The notes beneath the pieces are model-generated. The model was given only the letters and a program-made list of their open reading frames with translations. It ran no database searches and was not told where the DNA came from. The translations under genes were made by a program, and so were the position numbers. From assembly GCA_044892525.1 (NCBI GenBank), contig CM097885.1, positions 49,664,001 to 49,724,000 on the forward strand: DNA of 60,000 nt, in the 5' to 3' direction. The first letter of the stretch is position 1. Each line of letters starts with the position of its first letter. Positions 47,501 to 53,952 of this stretch are shown one piece after another. Origin of the DNA: Schmidtea polychroa (taxonomy: Eukaryota).

Positions 47501-48376
47501 TTGGTTGTTTGTGGTTGTTGCTGTTACCGCTGGAGCTGCTGGAGCTGCTGTCATTGCTGCTACTTGTATTGGTGTTAAGTAGGTTTCACATTTGTTAGCG
47601 ATTTTTAGTGCTTCTTCCAGCGTCTCTGGTGCTCGGCATCCCAAAGTTGCTCGTATATCCTCCCGTTTCATGCCATCTACGAATACGGCTATTATTTTGT
47701 CTTCCGGAACTGGTTGATTTGAATCGAAGGCTTCTCGTGCTAGTCGTCTCAATTCGCATGCGTACAGTGCGTTGGATTCGTTATATTTCTGCTTTCGATG
47801 CAGAAAGTCTAACATTTTTCGATTTCCCTCTTTTTCGGTACCGAATGTTTTTATTAAAAATTCCTTGATCTCTTTCCACGTTCTCAACTTAGTTGCATCA
47901 CATTTCGCCTCCAAGTATACATCTTGGGCGCTTCCCTTTAGATATAGGGGTATTCGTTCTCGTACGACTATGTCTGGCCAGTGACATATCGTAATGTATA
48001 CTTCGAATTCCTTTATAAACGTTTCCAGCTGGTTTATATTTCCATCGAATGGCTCTCCTCGAAATTTCTCTCTGAATTCTCCAATGTTGACGTGCACATT
48101 ACTTGTTTCCGGTGGGTCCGTTAGCCCTGTTACATTTGGAATTCCGTCTGTCATTATTTCTTGACACAAAATTGTTATATTGGTTGACTCTGAACTATTT
48201 CCTTCCTCGTCTGATGATTCAATGTCACTTATCGGATCTAGTTCGGTTCGTTTAAGATCGTCGCTGTTCTCAAATTCGTTTGTTAAACTGTCTGATTCAA
48301 ATACTGTTTCTACTGATGCTGGCTTCCTGTGTAGTTTTCTGTTGGTCTTGGCCTTTTGTATCTCTTCCTTTTCCAA
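34088..48376 (-). CDS. Giant Gag-accessory-Env-Pol-accessory polyprotein (4,762 codons open; first ATG at 48154)
   Basis: One 14.3-kb open frame containing 3 CCHC knuckles, IDTGA, YIDD, TDAS, the HHCC and DDE integrase motifs, and additional domains. Confidence 0.97.
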   Translation of the reverse strand: MEKEEIQKAKTNRKLHRKPASVETVFESDSLTNEFENSDDLKRTELDPISDIESSDEEGNSSESTNITILCQEIMTDGIPNVTGLTDPPETSNVHVNIGEFREKFRGEPFDGNINQLETFIKEFEVYITICHWPDIVVRERIPLYLKGSAQDVYLEAKCDATKLRTWKEIKEFLIKTFGTEKEGNRKMLDFLHRKQKYNESNALYACELRRLAREAFDSNQPVPEDKIIAVFVDGMKREDIRATLGCRAPETLEEALKIANKCETYLTPIQVAAMTAAPAAPAVTATTTNNQVNNANPVMNQFIPGSQQLFKTPQTRNQNNGGNIQNFTNNFRNNDINNRTCNICQRPGHWSNECYKARMCQKCGRRGHTENVCRGPMMSMSRGGTRTCYNCNQPGHMARECTMRTKPNQPGSNNPVQNTQINLMQEIEQLKDMILRIPTNNQQQRINMMQSTEEIRNQPSKQQQDQQRVEWQRLQNEEAREIQERWKQREANPGRINMMRLTNKEESHTAEQCVNNDGSEPIINKEIKTTKENEIDPRTELSSEEKIQLIKEFTKEEKERRQKRDESKDEPKSNEIVTKNRIQRVLLQKIEDRIKNENPTLTEEQIKEKVKEHWFRKNEWFEKKEPHTKAKINMLRQMRSDQTDQEDEKSEVSSLGGELFQSSEENNEPKTPPNSETPQSSEESENDDMKSMIEKDEEEIFEEILDTVTEIERNESYINELTYRKCLKFITQVYQCEGGIITAAWKDLATKYKEKLKEAGPDQYQVSIQHPEIQIQTIELKGTNTDELYNWVQEKMGTSHKNKQLYVDGYKVKIGIHLVDAMIWPNETNILTLEKTRDDDSVAEMFKKIQQVFNNEVEPELEKIERKIMKENQIILVKQAIDQTRKYINRLRERWPQLMKQFVKDVRDTEIMRFEDKRATELISKYGEYERTKCEHETIKIKVKLPNEEKQIIEVNPDCQVDELVQIIDQEIIQKARENSEDGMIEDVIIMYNRHMLERGDRTVIYELGIWEDGAVINIIAMDEPSGGHKNATKTEQQIKRFQWGMRAKMDRIIDIYNHWLKDDKLKLAAFNDEDCKLIPWKKVWIESEARWDWEQQKLEPNWIDNIPEEIAAVWVREKPIDTYQDILPQEFQNELPSGEDEEIREPVRLAPFTWKIENWMEKIKSAKEEKITRVVSPPFYSGLGEYKMKLRIYPNGDGIGKGNYVSAFFVICKGNYDDKVPWPFSRKVTIAIEPLKDSLNMHKETLKPDPRSACYQRPTTSENIASGTPKLIRLSYIENEQSKFVKNNAIQIRVEVETEQEMNQRLNIPENQPRICMMRRRVSDSGHLPIDADADEEEAATLLEAQKCKELMEILQNGAKNRRRAVVELAKWIAESCKRIQNLRKIVKAIEEYRRVYVWYPEQFGEIIRKWKQQEWAENSPEKYQLKIFMPDFEPMEKEFYTTAKVREVKKRIPYELPFHLQHEGRSLDDDIEIGVTPLQGEIVNRLTVSKIAGRELRRREIKQKSSTQQPGSLDTPEVPNAVSEVTIETTGEDEILDELQEIVEAGEIMRASQSGDLFIDEGELTTDDLDGFVCAQRQPVETTEAETDLDNVERDANKDVTTTDEWSNWRVDPGATTSKDTTYNPPKRKETGTAMDRRTRGRPKTDKAEIEPKSKVQAQMEQVKTKMDKLSALVKQVKVKTSVREQGTRWINDLLANMLALANPEVKRVMRKDNIPTEAKQLWAVLKPIIMKIMDNKIRLTLKDPVELRLIVEHLLSRSEDQNRFLVGLAYLVYNVIGQYKKRMPKYNATGYEFTVTEIIKRSIEPYILEQGGWRSFIESTGKKDQTEMMQAKLRDLLTEFEGTININDPRASRKGMNAIITTILIWMMCIKGTESFAVYDCDNIKIHEKYSLKDTEDCKAANPRKLQTVMASVSYNVYQEADFIKTMVQECTVTRKIFAHHCGSSSHSTIIEPGLESTVILLSREECEEGFRSGRIHLRQGIEIAAEPGKIKTTRVYTAGRITKGDGTCETGTYTLNGQLVSGVVVIESYEAKLEKYQGYFDPDTQAMKKYPSCLASDRSCSTGMSTLVYHADQKVCRLMLLKTAIFEEIQGKVYSEPKGEAERRAMEELRARKGFREDVITSKLESEVTPTAIISKDDGIGMRFIKNKMVSKCDEMVISTNYKGIYLSRRTLANAVGRLSEKDVKLYLYANNKMDFLYHRGLTSTEKVYHDLLRNDCLLNKEILRTKLAMAITNPDNAIPLLPLQEGYFGRIVGEVMYTYQCKKIMARLPENPTIPRDKCANELEIIHEGKPRFVQAVTRIMNPVGFQPNLFNCSNAYGPMYEKEDGQWVQFPSKTIVVTPKKFGLTELTTELEFKPIDVSQSGLYTPKDLESARAHMLFPAHRQAILSNIVTISGGNNYGESPNYELLLSPSHYQQATANMMKAMWGRFLVFGQMMAGILGIILIIQIVRVILTQMLACFDIYKRERKVNWKLAIGFLPFLAKTMVLHGHSKDIHRIKRLLKILTQMKGTDEEVGRKFKVIMRLEAERTQEKAKRTGKWKKWMNLRRDDDSDNDNDDFNDDDNNQGGAMLINKNTATWENEKMKPWGSPYSQTPYLQAPTNGPMRRPGTMRERIRMGTGRLPIPNIYPTAYEPNWAAMDPTMIKQAKSVEQEVETRTIAVLQTPAGPSLTITVEVNGIEMDAMIDTGANISAINMNMLPGRLWPCIEETTMDVITCSKQSIAVVGRVWSTIEYKGVKVTTYLAVIRQLSVSCIIGTDVMPELLKEIVIDLSSMKLKDKTGQICTMRTEVRCSEKMIIPARTQTICYVKVDNEAKGDMIFEPSQKFEKRRELPLAREIVSINEDNEIPINITNFDEEDKVIYENERLGKLTPMMNIELPEIKSEGADEKELWTIDSELLNKDEKEQLRQLLIEFKDIFAASDLELGTSDVTQHIIPLTDETPITLRPYRLAEAQKTIAEEEVQKMLDAGVIEPSCSPWQFPVVMVKKKDGTQRFCIDYRRLNAVTKRDTYPLPDINEMLQMLHGAAYFTSLDLKSGYWQIKVKEEDREKTAFTIGKDLYQFKKMPFGLTNAPASFQRCMNFVTHGIKQCMVYIDDLLIYSGTFEQHLIDIRNVFIRLKQWKLKLKPSKCDWAKERVTFLGHIVSAKGKEPDPRNVEKIKNCPIPKTVTQVQEFLGLCGYYRKFIKNYATIAKPIQELTKKDTPFLWEREQQIAFESLRDKLIASPILIHPDFKKPFLLATDASGYASGAVLGQWDEEKRERVIGYYSKTFKKHEKNYSVTEREALAIIQAIKHFKYLLWGHEIIITTDHQPLVWLGQHKEASSRLMRWAMQLQEYSPYIKFKSGKANANADCMSRFVFEELMDHDVRRICLIIAEDIDFTNLKNEQKEDNELKLIIEFLEKNDMKIFNNDDRLKEHMEKNRHRYTIEKGWLLVMDGDKRLMCLPESRRKEIMIQYHDGKLGGHMSAKKTEARLKQKYYWPNMSDDVKEWIKNCLICATRKTTGSKLKPPLKPMPIPPEPMTMIAMDVVGPLPETNSGNVYILVITDYLTKFPEAFAMPDQKARTVARILVEEICCRYGTPKQILTDQGTNFMSEIINEVTNYFRIAKLRTSPYHPQTNGQTERFNGILIDMMSNYVSKHQKDWDEYIKLCLMAYRMSIHSATKMSPFKLMYGRECNMPMDLEYQPPISQYMEIDDYVTKFKERMQEIWKTTGMNIRFNQESYKELHDKKKNVQNHQFKIGDWVIIETPELIPGTAKKLQRNGRGPYEIIYVNENNVRVKLVNNPLIRPIYVNTCRCKAVAKTATKDSETRRIITRSQTNATTEPEVSGRLTRSQTRRIFMLRGETSSSAHKGTEAESEADAMARSQATWNMTVKIAREIVPEWADITNKYQVLGKLMLVAERYAKGRRYAEGLQIPTQIYELIRRLPIMFLTSDLSNNWPIHHAVKAGQEKRALEIIRIMENCKQSTNVKNSKGKTPLMKAIAIGASRDVLRELLRTGSTLKEKDNKQRTVLRYAVRSKRPSIVNFITGNATTEEAEVLGQSIEPILEAIRGNLDRTAAILIKWKQNELRAEVIDINQFQNNENIVLRSAIYSRPPMPKTIKAILQRNRTELTGNWWKCTKTHAMKKQLEILVWEWHRKQRKYQGTKEERESIHNDKKEIIKKYEEMIKAANVEDDIFRKTPGERNDDDDDDERMGDNDNNPEENDREQNPEGGETTSDDEELEEDEEDQCRGEDQGFDKTENKKRKSPLHSIVCRNQIQPILLQRIFIILTSICLTETKNMRIVREASQEGEVFMIKVSDYDGNAVGICVQLMEGTGVSCDFRSITKGKIFSSQKRDPRLCGDYDICRDISTEEMELERANETGVHFQLNILEEGIEIEDKGSRSITHVCIREDRDICIITDMTQDHKFFWGEVKPNTPTVVCAGTQGIVVCKGTRTAPRKDKPKSMAMKQDPLRGITTKKPNKSVSTKTTTEQNQTELITTTTWINEVIKDERREVQITINLNKKGEEVITVKNQEGEPIIRICVMDKTGIIDCTTTPIDKGTDVKMETGKRKERYQVCILKKGRGTSVCQPITRQKPQLINIPWIPRDQEGGEKRENHSHLTEKEKERLHQAFKKIKAPETNTTGSTILTTEKTNNGTTIITKMIWITSAIVSTIIALAMIQWIRTTKRCKQKPRNQRKWPKVEKFEYGIPTENLNLEEYEVVEDPGSSGLWMSELPRIPTPNEWTHEVDIYRITDERYGGMRTLHSGPMATLV
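36170..36555 (-). other. Ankyrin repeats in the polyprotein
   Basis: WPIHHAVKAG, NVKNSKGKTPLMKAI, KDNKQRTVLRYAV. Confidence 0.8.
36975..38050 (-). other. Integrase (HHCC, DDE core, GPY/F)
   Basis: YHDGKLGGH..CLIC, IAMDVVGP, LTDQGTNF, NGQTERFN, GRGPYEI. Confidence 0.95.
38295..39545 (-). other. Reverse transcriptase and RNase H (Ty3/gypsy type)
   Basis: RFCIDYRRLN, LDLKSGYWQI, MPFGLTNAP, YIDD, FLGH; ATDASG, EREALA, TDHQPL, NANADCMSR. Confidence 0.97.
40040..40360 (-). other. Retroviral-type aspartic protease
   Basis: AMIDTGANISAI ... IIGTD. Confidence 0.93.
40890..42799 (-). other. Env-like glycoprotein resembling chuvirus G
   Basis: Internal signal MNAIITTILIWMMC, then AVYDC..YSL..C, ECTVTR..HHCGSSSHS, GEVMYTYQC, CSNAYGPMY, and C-terminal WGRFLVFGQMMAGILGIILIIQIV. 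Confidence 0.75.
42910..43320 (-). other. Bcl-2-like domain in the polyprotein
   Basis: BH2-like PYILEQGGWRSF, preceded by a helical region with a degenerate BH1 position (DQNRFLVGLAY). Confidence 0.6.
44482..44920 (-). other. TRAF-type MATH domain in the polyprotein
   Basis: FTWKIENW, SPPFYS..YKMKLRIYPNGDG, KGNYDDKVPWPF, FVKNNAIQI. Confidence 0.92.
47170..48070 (-). other. Gag capsid-like region plus three CCHC zinc knuckles
   Basis: PFDGN..FIKEFE..W, LKGSA, CNICQRPGHWSNEC, CQKCGRRGHTENVC, CYNCNQPGHMAREC. Confidence 0.9.
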
Positions 48377-49133
48377 TAAACTGAGGTTTCCTTTACTTTT
48401 TCGCCTCGTTCGGTTAGCTATGCTATCAATTTTTCCTCCTTTTAATATCCTTTGATAAATTTTCTACTTTGTCAATCGAGCTCGATGTTTTCTAAGTATT
48501 TTTCTCGCTTTAATCTTTACGATTCTCTAACTCTTCTTGGATTTGGTTTTATTAATTTCCTTGATTCTTCGCTTCTAATTGATTTCTCTATATCTCTTGA
48601 TTTCTATTGCTTTCTTGATTTCTTTGATTTCTTTCTGAATTGTTTGCTTTATTCTAAAATAATTAACACCTCTAGTACATATCATAAATTCTCTTTATTA
48701 AACCCTTCATTTACTTTCCCTTTTCCCTTTATTTTACCGTCCCTTCGCTTCAAATTTTCTAGCTTTTCTACACTTCTCGCTATTCGCCCCATTTTGATTT
48801 TAAGTTAATTTTAAATTATCTATAACTCGTATCAATTATCTATATAGTCGTATCAATTATCTATCCCTTTTATTATTATCATAGAAATATAATATTAATC
48901 ACATAAATATCAAAATAAACATATCATTAATAAATAAAATTCAATAATTCAACTACTATCTATTCGTTCGCTTTTCCCCATCCAAAAACTGGTTTAATTT
49001 TCACTTGCGCCGGCGCTTTATCATAATTCTCCTCTACTCATTACATATTTATCGCACTTAATCTATTTCAGTTTAATCAATTCATAGTTAATCATTGATG
49101 CTTTGGTTCGCGCGACCCTACATCCACCTTTAT

Positions 49134-50110
49134 TTACCATCGGCTCTCTGGCCGGTTTGTTCAACTCCTTTATTTTCATTTAAATCATTTTACTCAATTA
49201 CCATCGGCTCCTTGGCCGGTTTAATCAACTCATTTTAATCTCATGAAGTCTTTTACGACTCCTAGACGCCTGGGCTTTTACACCATTACGCCATATAATC
49301 TACTATTACCCATCAACGCTTTGGTTTGTTAGACCTCCGCGTCGGCATCGGCTTCCGGCCGGTTTAATCAAAATTGAAGTCTTTTACGACTCCTAGACGC
49401 CTGGGCTTTTACACCATTGCGCCGTATTCGCGGTCTTCGGTCCCTGACCGGTTTCAAATGCCCTAAATGAGGTTTCTTCAACCCCCAGACGCCTTCGGTT
49501 TTAACACCTACTATCGTCCCTACCGCGATTAAATTGAGTTGACAGTTGACTTTCGGGCTAATCAAAAATTCGAGGCTCCTCCTACTCCAACTCTTAATCT
49601 GCTGAGGCCTCACAACTGGCTCAATTCTTGGCCGCTTATTGAAAAGAGTCTAATACCGGTAACTCTAATCTCATCGCCGTTTCACTGGGCCTATCGGTAC
49701 TCGGTGTGGGCATCCGGGTTTTGTACCGACCCCTGCTAGCAATAATCACGAAGGAAAACATCCTATCTATCAGGATTTAAAAAAAACACGGAAATGCCTA
49801 ATCGCCTTGATCGTGATTCTCAAAAGTGATGAACCAGATCTCCCGACTAGTGAAGATAAAAGGAAATTGGATATGCAGTTGACTTTCGGTCTTCCGCCTC
49901 ACAACTGGTCCAATCTTGGTTGCCTATTGAGTACGAGTCCTTTACCGGTTGACTCGCATCTCACAACCGTTTCACTGGGCTCCTTGATACTCGGTGTAGG
50001 TAACTGGGTCTCTCTCGCTCGCTACCCGTCCGGGTTTTTGTATCAAGTCCCGCTAGCAACTCAAAAAAAAAAAGTGCGCCCAATACTCGGTGTGGTATCC
50101 GGGTTTTTGT
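49134..50110. repeat. Clustered duplicated blocks in the element's non-coding leader
   Basis: A 39-bp block at 49249 and 49380; catcggct..ggccggttt three times; paired ~190-bp blocks starting near 49544 and 49878. Confidence 0.8.
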
Positions 50111-50838
50111 ATTGGGTGATCCAGCATCATCAGTCCCTTGGCTGATAATCTCCTGGACACTACAGTCCGGTGGTTAGCCGCTGTACTCGGGTGCCTCATC
50201 ACTCGCTAGGGAAAAATCATTACTCCTCATCTGATTTGAAGCCCAAAAACGGTTTCTTCAAATCCGCAGCTGCTCTCGGATTAAATTTTTAACATTTAGC
50301 GCGCGTTTTTCAATTTTTATTTTATTTTTCTATTTTTATTCGCCCTTTTAGTTAGTCCCAGTCTCCCAGACAAAAAATATAATAATCGCGTTGGTTCGTT
50401 TCCCACAAGTGGTGATCAGTCACTGGACAGAAACTCCCCAACATTTGCGATGGATCCTACTACATTCTCTCATCAGGGTGATCAGGATTTCCCCATCCGG
50501 GCAAGTGTCGTAAGGACGATTCACTTGTCATCCCCTCATTATCGTATCTCTTTATGCCAAAATAACAAAACAGGAAGAAAAGAAAATTGGAAATAAAATT
50601 CGTACTGATCTTATCGACCAGCTCATTCATGCGACTATGATCAGTCCTGCATTCAATTCTGATTTTAGTTCTAATTGCTGTGTTGCTTGTCTATTTATTT
50701 AACGTATTCTGTGTTCTTTATATGTCTATGTTCATCGTATGTTTTATACCTTTCGGTTGCTATAATGGATTTTTAATATAATTTACTAATTTTTTCACTC
50801 CATATTCATTCACAAGAAATTTATTTGACAACATCTCC

Positions 50839-51321
50839 TTATGGGAGGTATATTACAATTTTCTCTCTAACATTCGTATCGCATACGTCGCATCGTTTAA
50901 TTTTCTCTGCGCAATTCTCGCAGTAGCATAAATGACCACATGGAATCATCATTACTCGTATTTCATTGGTTCTGCATATGAAGCATTTTCTAAAATCTTT
51001 AACTTGATGTTCGATTGCTTCTTTAATTTCTTCCTCGATCGTTTCCATTTTTATCATTATCTCCTGCCATTTGATGTTAAATTTGGCATTGTCTAATCGT
51101 AAATTTTGAAGTTGATAAACTCTTTTAGTGGTCAATTCTGCATTAGGTGTCGCTATTTTCATCATTACGCATATTTCCTCAGCTTGCGGTCTTGGATTCA
51201 AGCTCATCTCATCTTGGATTTTTATCAACTGGTCCGCTTTGCGATTTAGCCGTTGTAACGAATTGTGTGTTAAATCTACGAATTTTTCGAGTCTCTTTGT
51301 AATGTAGCCGGTTGATTCCAT
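50839..51321 (-). CDS. Coiled coil plus IAP-type RING protein (160 aa), upstream of gag
   Basis: CFIC..MIPCGHLCYCENC..CDVC; cttaattAG|ATG start. Confidence 0.85.
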   Translation of the reverse strand: MESTGYITKRLEKFVDLTHNSLQRLNRKADQLIKIQDEMSLNPRPQAEEICVMMKIATPNAELTTKRVYQLQNLRLDNAKFNIKWQEIMIKMETIEEEIKEAIEHQVKDFRKCFICRTNEIRVMMIPCGHLCYCENCAEKIKRCDVCDTNVREKIVIYLP

Positions 51322-51694
51322 CTAATTAAGATTTATTAATTAAAGTTCTCTTTTTATTAATATTCCGCGTCATTTTCCCCCTTTATCGTTTTCCCCCTAG
51401 TATCCAGAATACCTTATTTTATTAGTGCTTCGATAAACCTTTACATTCTACTTATTACCCTTAACAACCCCGTCTCCCTCTGTTTAATGCTTTATTCCGC
51501 GCAAATTTCTTTCATGATCTTGTGATTTTATTACAATCGTTTTAATTATATATAACCCATATCCCATTCCTTATCGCCATATTTTACACGTTTTCTGATT
51601 AAGTTTAATTTCATTGTTCATTTGTTCTATCTTTATTAGCGTGCTATCCCCCCTTTTCCCTATTTTTAAATTTTTATTATTTCCTTATATTTAC

Positions 51695-51832
51695 ATTTTA
51701 TTAATCGTTGCTATTTACAATTTTATTATAATTTGTTTTCGTTTTAATTTTCGTTTATCCTCAATTTTATTAATCGTTGCTATTTACAATTTTATTATAA
51801 TTTGTTTTCGTTTTAATTTTCGTTTATCCTCA
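51695..51832. repeat. Perfect 69-bp tandem duplication
   Basis: 51695-51763 equals 51764-51832. Confidence 0.9.
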
Positions 51833-52087
51833 TTCATTCTATTACTAAGTTATTCGTACAGCATTCTCATACCCACTTTCAATACATTCATATGTCGTCA
51901 TACTTTAAAACTTCCATCACTCATTTAGACATTCTACATACATTTTATCATATTCGCATATCCATATACTAAGTTTAAGCGCTTGGGAAAACAACCTGCT
52001 CGGTCTTGAATGCATATCACTTTATATCCGCTTTTACTCTCTCTATTATATCTATTCTCGGGTTCTTTCACCAATTAAATTTTCAAT

Positions 52088-52105
52088 ATCCCGGCTGAGC
52101 CCCCA
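52088..52105 (-). promoter_or_regulatory. Primer-binding site, tRNA-Pro type
   Basis: TGGGGGCTCAGCCGGGAT matches the classical PBS-Pro TGGGGGCTCGTCCGGGAT at 16 of 18 positions and lies 8 nt from the 5' LTR. Confidence 0.85.
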
Positions 52106-52511
52106 AATTTGTATGGTGGGTTACTGGTGGTTGAATGATTGAGTGCTGTTACCAGCGTAACCCAAAATACAACATTGTTTTTCCGCTTGGTACCCGTTGA
52201 GTGATCAACGTTGGTACTGTACCAAGGGTTGAGTACTCGCAAAAAGTGAGCGCATCAAAGCACTATAGTTGTCGAGTACTCCGTGGGTTCACGGACTACC
52301 GATAGAAGGTGTGTGTCCGATTTCTCAGGTCCCTTTATCAAAATTGTTTTCCCAACCTTATGCACAAACTCTCATTTCCCAGGCAATCATAAACTGTACT
52401 AGTCATTATTTTATCACTACAAAACGTGCAGTATTTTAACAAGGAACATATTATTTGAAGACTACCACAATACATAAAAATACTACAAAACACCTAAAAC
52501 CGAATATAAGT

Positions 52512-52982
52512 TCAAACAGGCTTATTGGTAGGACTGGCCAATTTCGTCGCAGCTGCTAGTGACAAATTTGCTTGTCGCTCGTATTCGGCCAGTCTAGCTT
52601 TCTTCAATTTTTCCCGAATATTTCGGCCTAACCGCTTTCTTTTGGGTTTCTCTTTCGCGGCCGGGGGGTATATTGCTGCTAGTTCCACGGTCAACGGCCG
52701 GATTTGGCTTATGGCGGCTCCGTGAACTACTTGTTCATTGCGTTCGGTTTTTAACGCGCGGAGCTGGAGTTTCAGTGCCCGGATCTCCATCTGATCCTGC
52801 GCAGCTTGAGTCTGCAGTTGAAGGACCTGCGCCACCTTCTTTTTCATATCCTCGGGACTAAACCAGGTGCTTTCTAGTTCCCGGCACCGTCCCTTGAGCT
52901 TGTCTACTCGTATGCGGAGCTCCTCGGACTGTTTTTGAGCTTCTGCCCTATCTCTTCGCAGATTTTCCAATAGTTTGAACAC
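52512..52982 (-). CDS. LTR-encoded coiled-coil protein (5' LTR copy)
   Basis: Translation identical to 22263-22733. Confidence 0.6.
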   Translation of the reverse strand: MFKLLENLRRDRAEAQKQSEELRIRVDKLKGRCRELESTWFSPEDMKKKVAQVLQLQTQAAQDQMEIRALKLQLRALKTERNEQVVHGAAISQIRPLTVELAAIYPPAAKEKPKRKRLGRNIREKLKKARLAEYERQANLSLAAATKLASPTNKPV

Positions 52983-53192
52983 TAGATAAATTCAACGATT
53001 ATATTCTTGCAGCATACTATTCATTCAATTATAAAATAAAATCAATATTATAAATAAACATAGTTTCGGATGTTAAGCACGCAATACACAAGATGATTTA
53101 TTAAAAGGACTGAAATAATTATCACTAAAATCAAAGTTTAATAAAGTCACAACTGAATGATAATTTGCAAAAACAAAATTTTTGACGATGAG

Positions 53193-53558
53193 TCAGTTCA
53201 GTCGCTTGCGAGGCCTTCCCCTCTTCCGCGGGGTTGCCTCGGCCTCTTCTAGGTCCTCCACGGTTTTTCCCTCTTTTTCTGCTTGGATTTGTAGCTCGAT
53301 CTTCTTGAGTCGCATCTGAGCTGCTTCTACCTCGATGGCCGCTCGGTCGCGGGCCTCTTGCAAAAAATCGTTTGTGGGCTCTGTTTTTACCCACGCCGGA
53401 GCGTCCGGCTCCGGCCCACTCCTGATTACTGGGCCAAAGTTGTCGAGGTCCAAACCCCGATTCCAATCATGGATACGGTGCCATATGTACCGTGTACGGA
53501 GTCTGGTAAGCATCTGTCGGTCGGCTTCTTCGTGGCTATCGCTGTCAGAGTAGGACAT
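53193..53558 (-). CDS. LTR-encoded AT-hook protein (5' LTR copy)
   Basis: Translation identical to 22944-23309. Confidence 0.65.
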   Translation of the reverse strand: MSYSDSDSHEEADRQMLTRLRTRYIWHRIHDWNRGLDLDNFGPVIRSGPEPDAPAWVKTEPTNDFLQEARDRAAIEVEAAQMRLKKIELQIQAEKEGKTVEDLEEAEATPRKRGRPRKRLN

Positions 53559-53943
53559 TTCTACAAAATAATAATCAAGCCCCTCTATACTGATTGAGAT
53601 ACGACGTCAACCACAAGATTTTGTTGACCCTTTTTCCCTTTAAAAAAAAATATTTTATTTTAAGACTAACATCTATAAGCTTAGGAGCAGTGGAATAAGA
53701 TTTCCTACTTTATCAAAACAAACACAAAAAAAAAAGGAATTTCGTCAAAATTCGTTTGTTTAAATTAATCATTTCCATTCAAAATTTTGTTTACCACTGA
53801 GTGGTAATTTTAATTACCATTTATAAATTTTAATTTATATGTTAATAAAATGTGAATTTTTTTTTTTAGATCGTCATTTTTAGGCCACTAAATTCGGGCA
53901 CGCTGGGGCGACAGGTACTAGCAACGAACTAAGCTCTTCGTCT

Positions 53944-53952
53944 GCTTACCTT
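53944..53952 (-). promoter_or_regulatory. Candidate major splice donor in the LTR (AAG|GTAAGC; copy at 23694-23702)
   Basis: Near-consensus 5' splice site upstream of all AG-ATG acceptors. Confidence 0.4.

Noticed and set aside
27153..48808. Many plus-strand ORFs inside the element (e.g. 32340-33242, 43518-44009)
   Set aside because: Antisense shadows of the A-rich coding strand: S/F/L/I-rich, no motifs, and nearly all overlap the real ORFs.
49134..50110. Interspaced 35-40-bp repeats resembling a CRISPR array
   Set aside because: Only 2-3 copies with irregular spacing, eukaryotic context and no cas genes; these are leader duplications.
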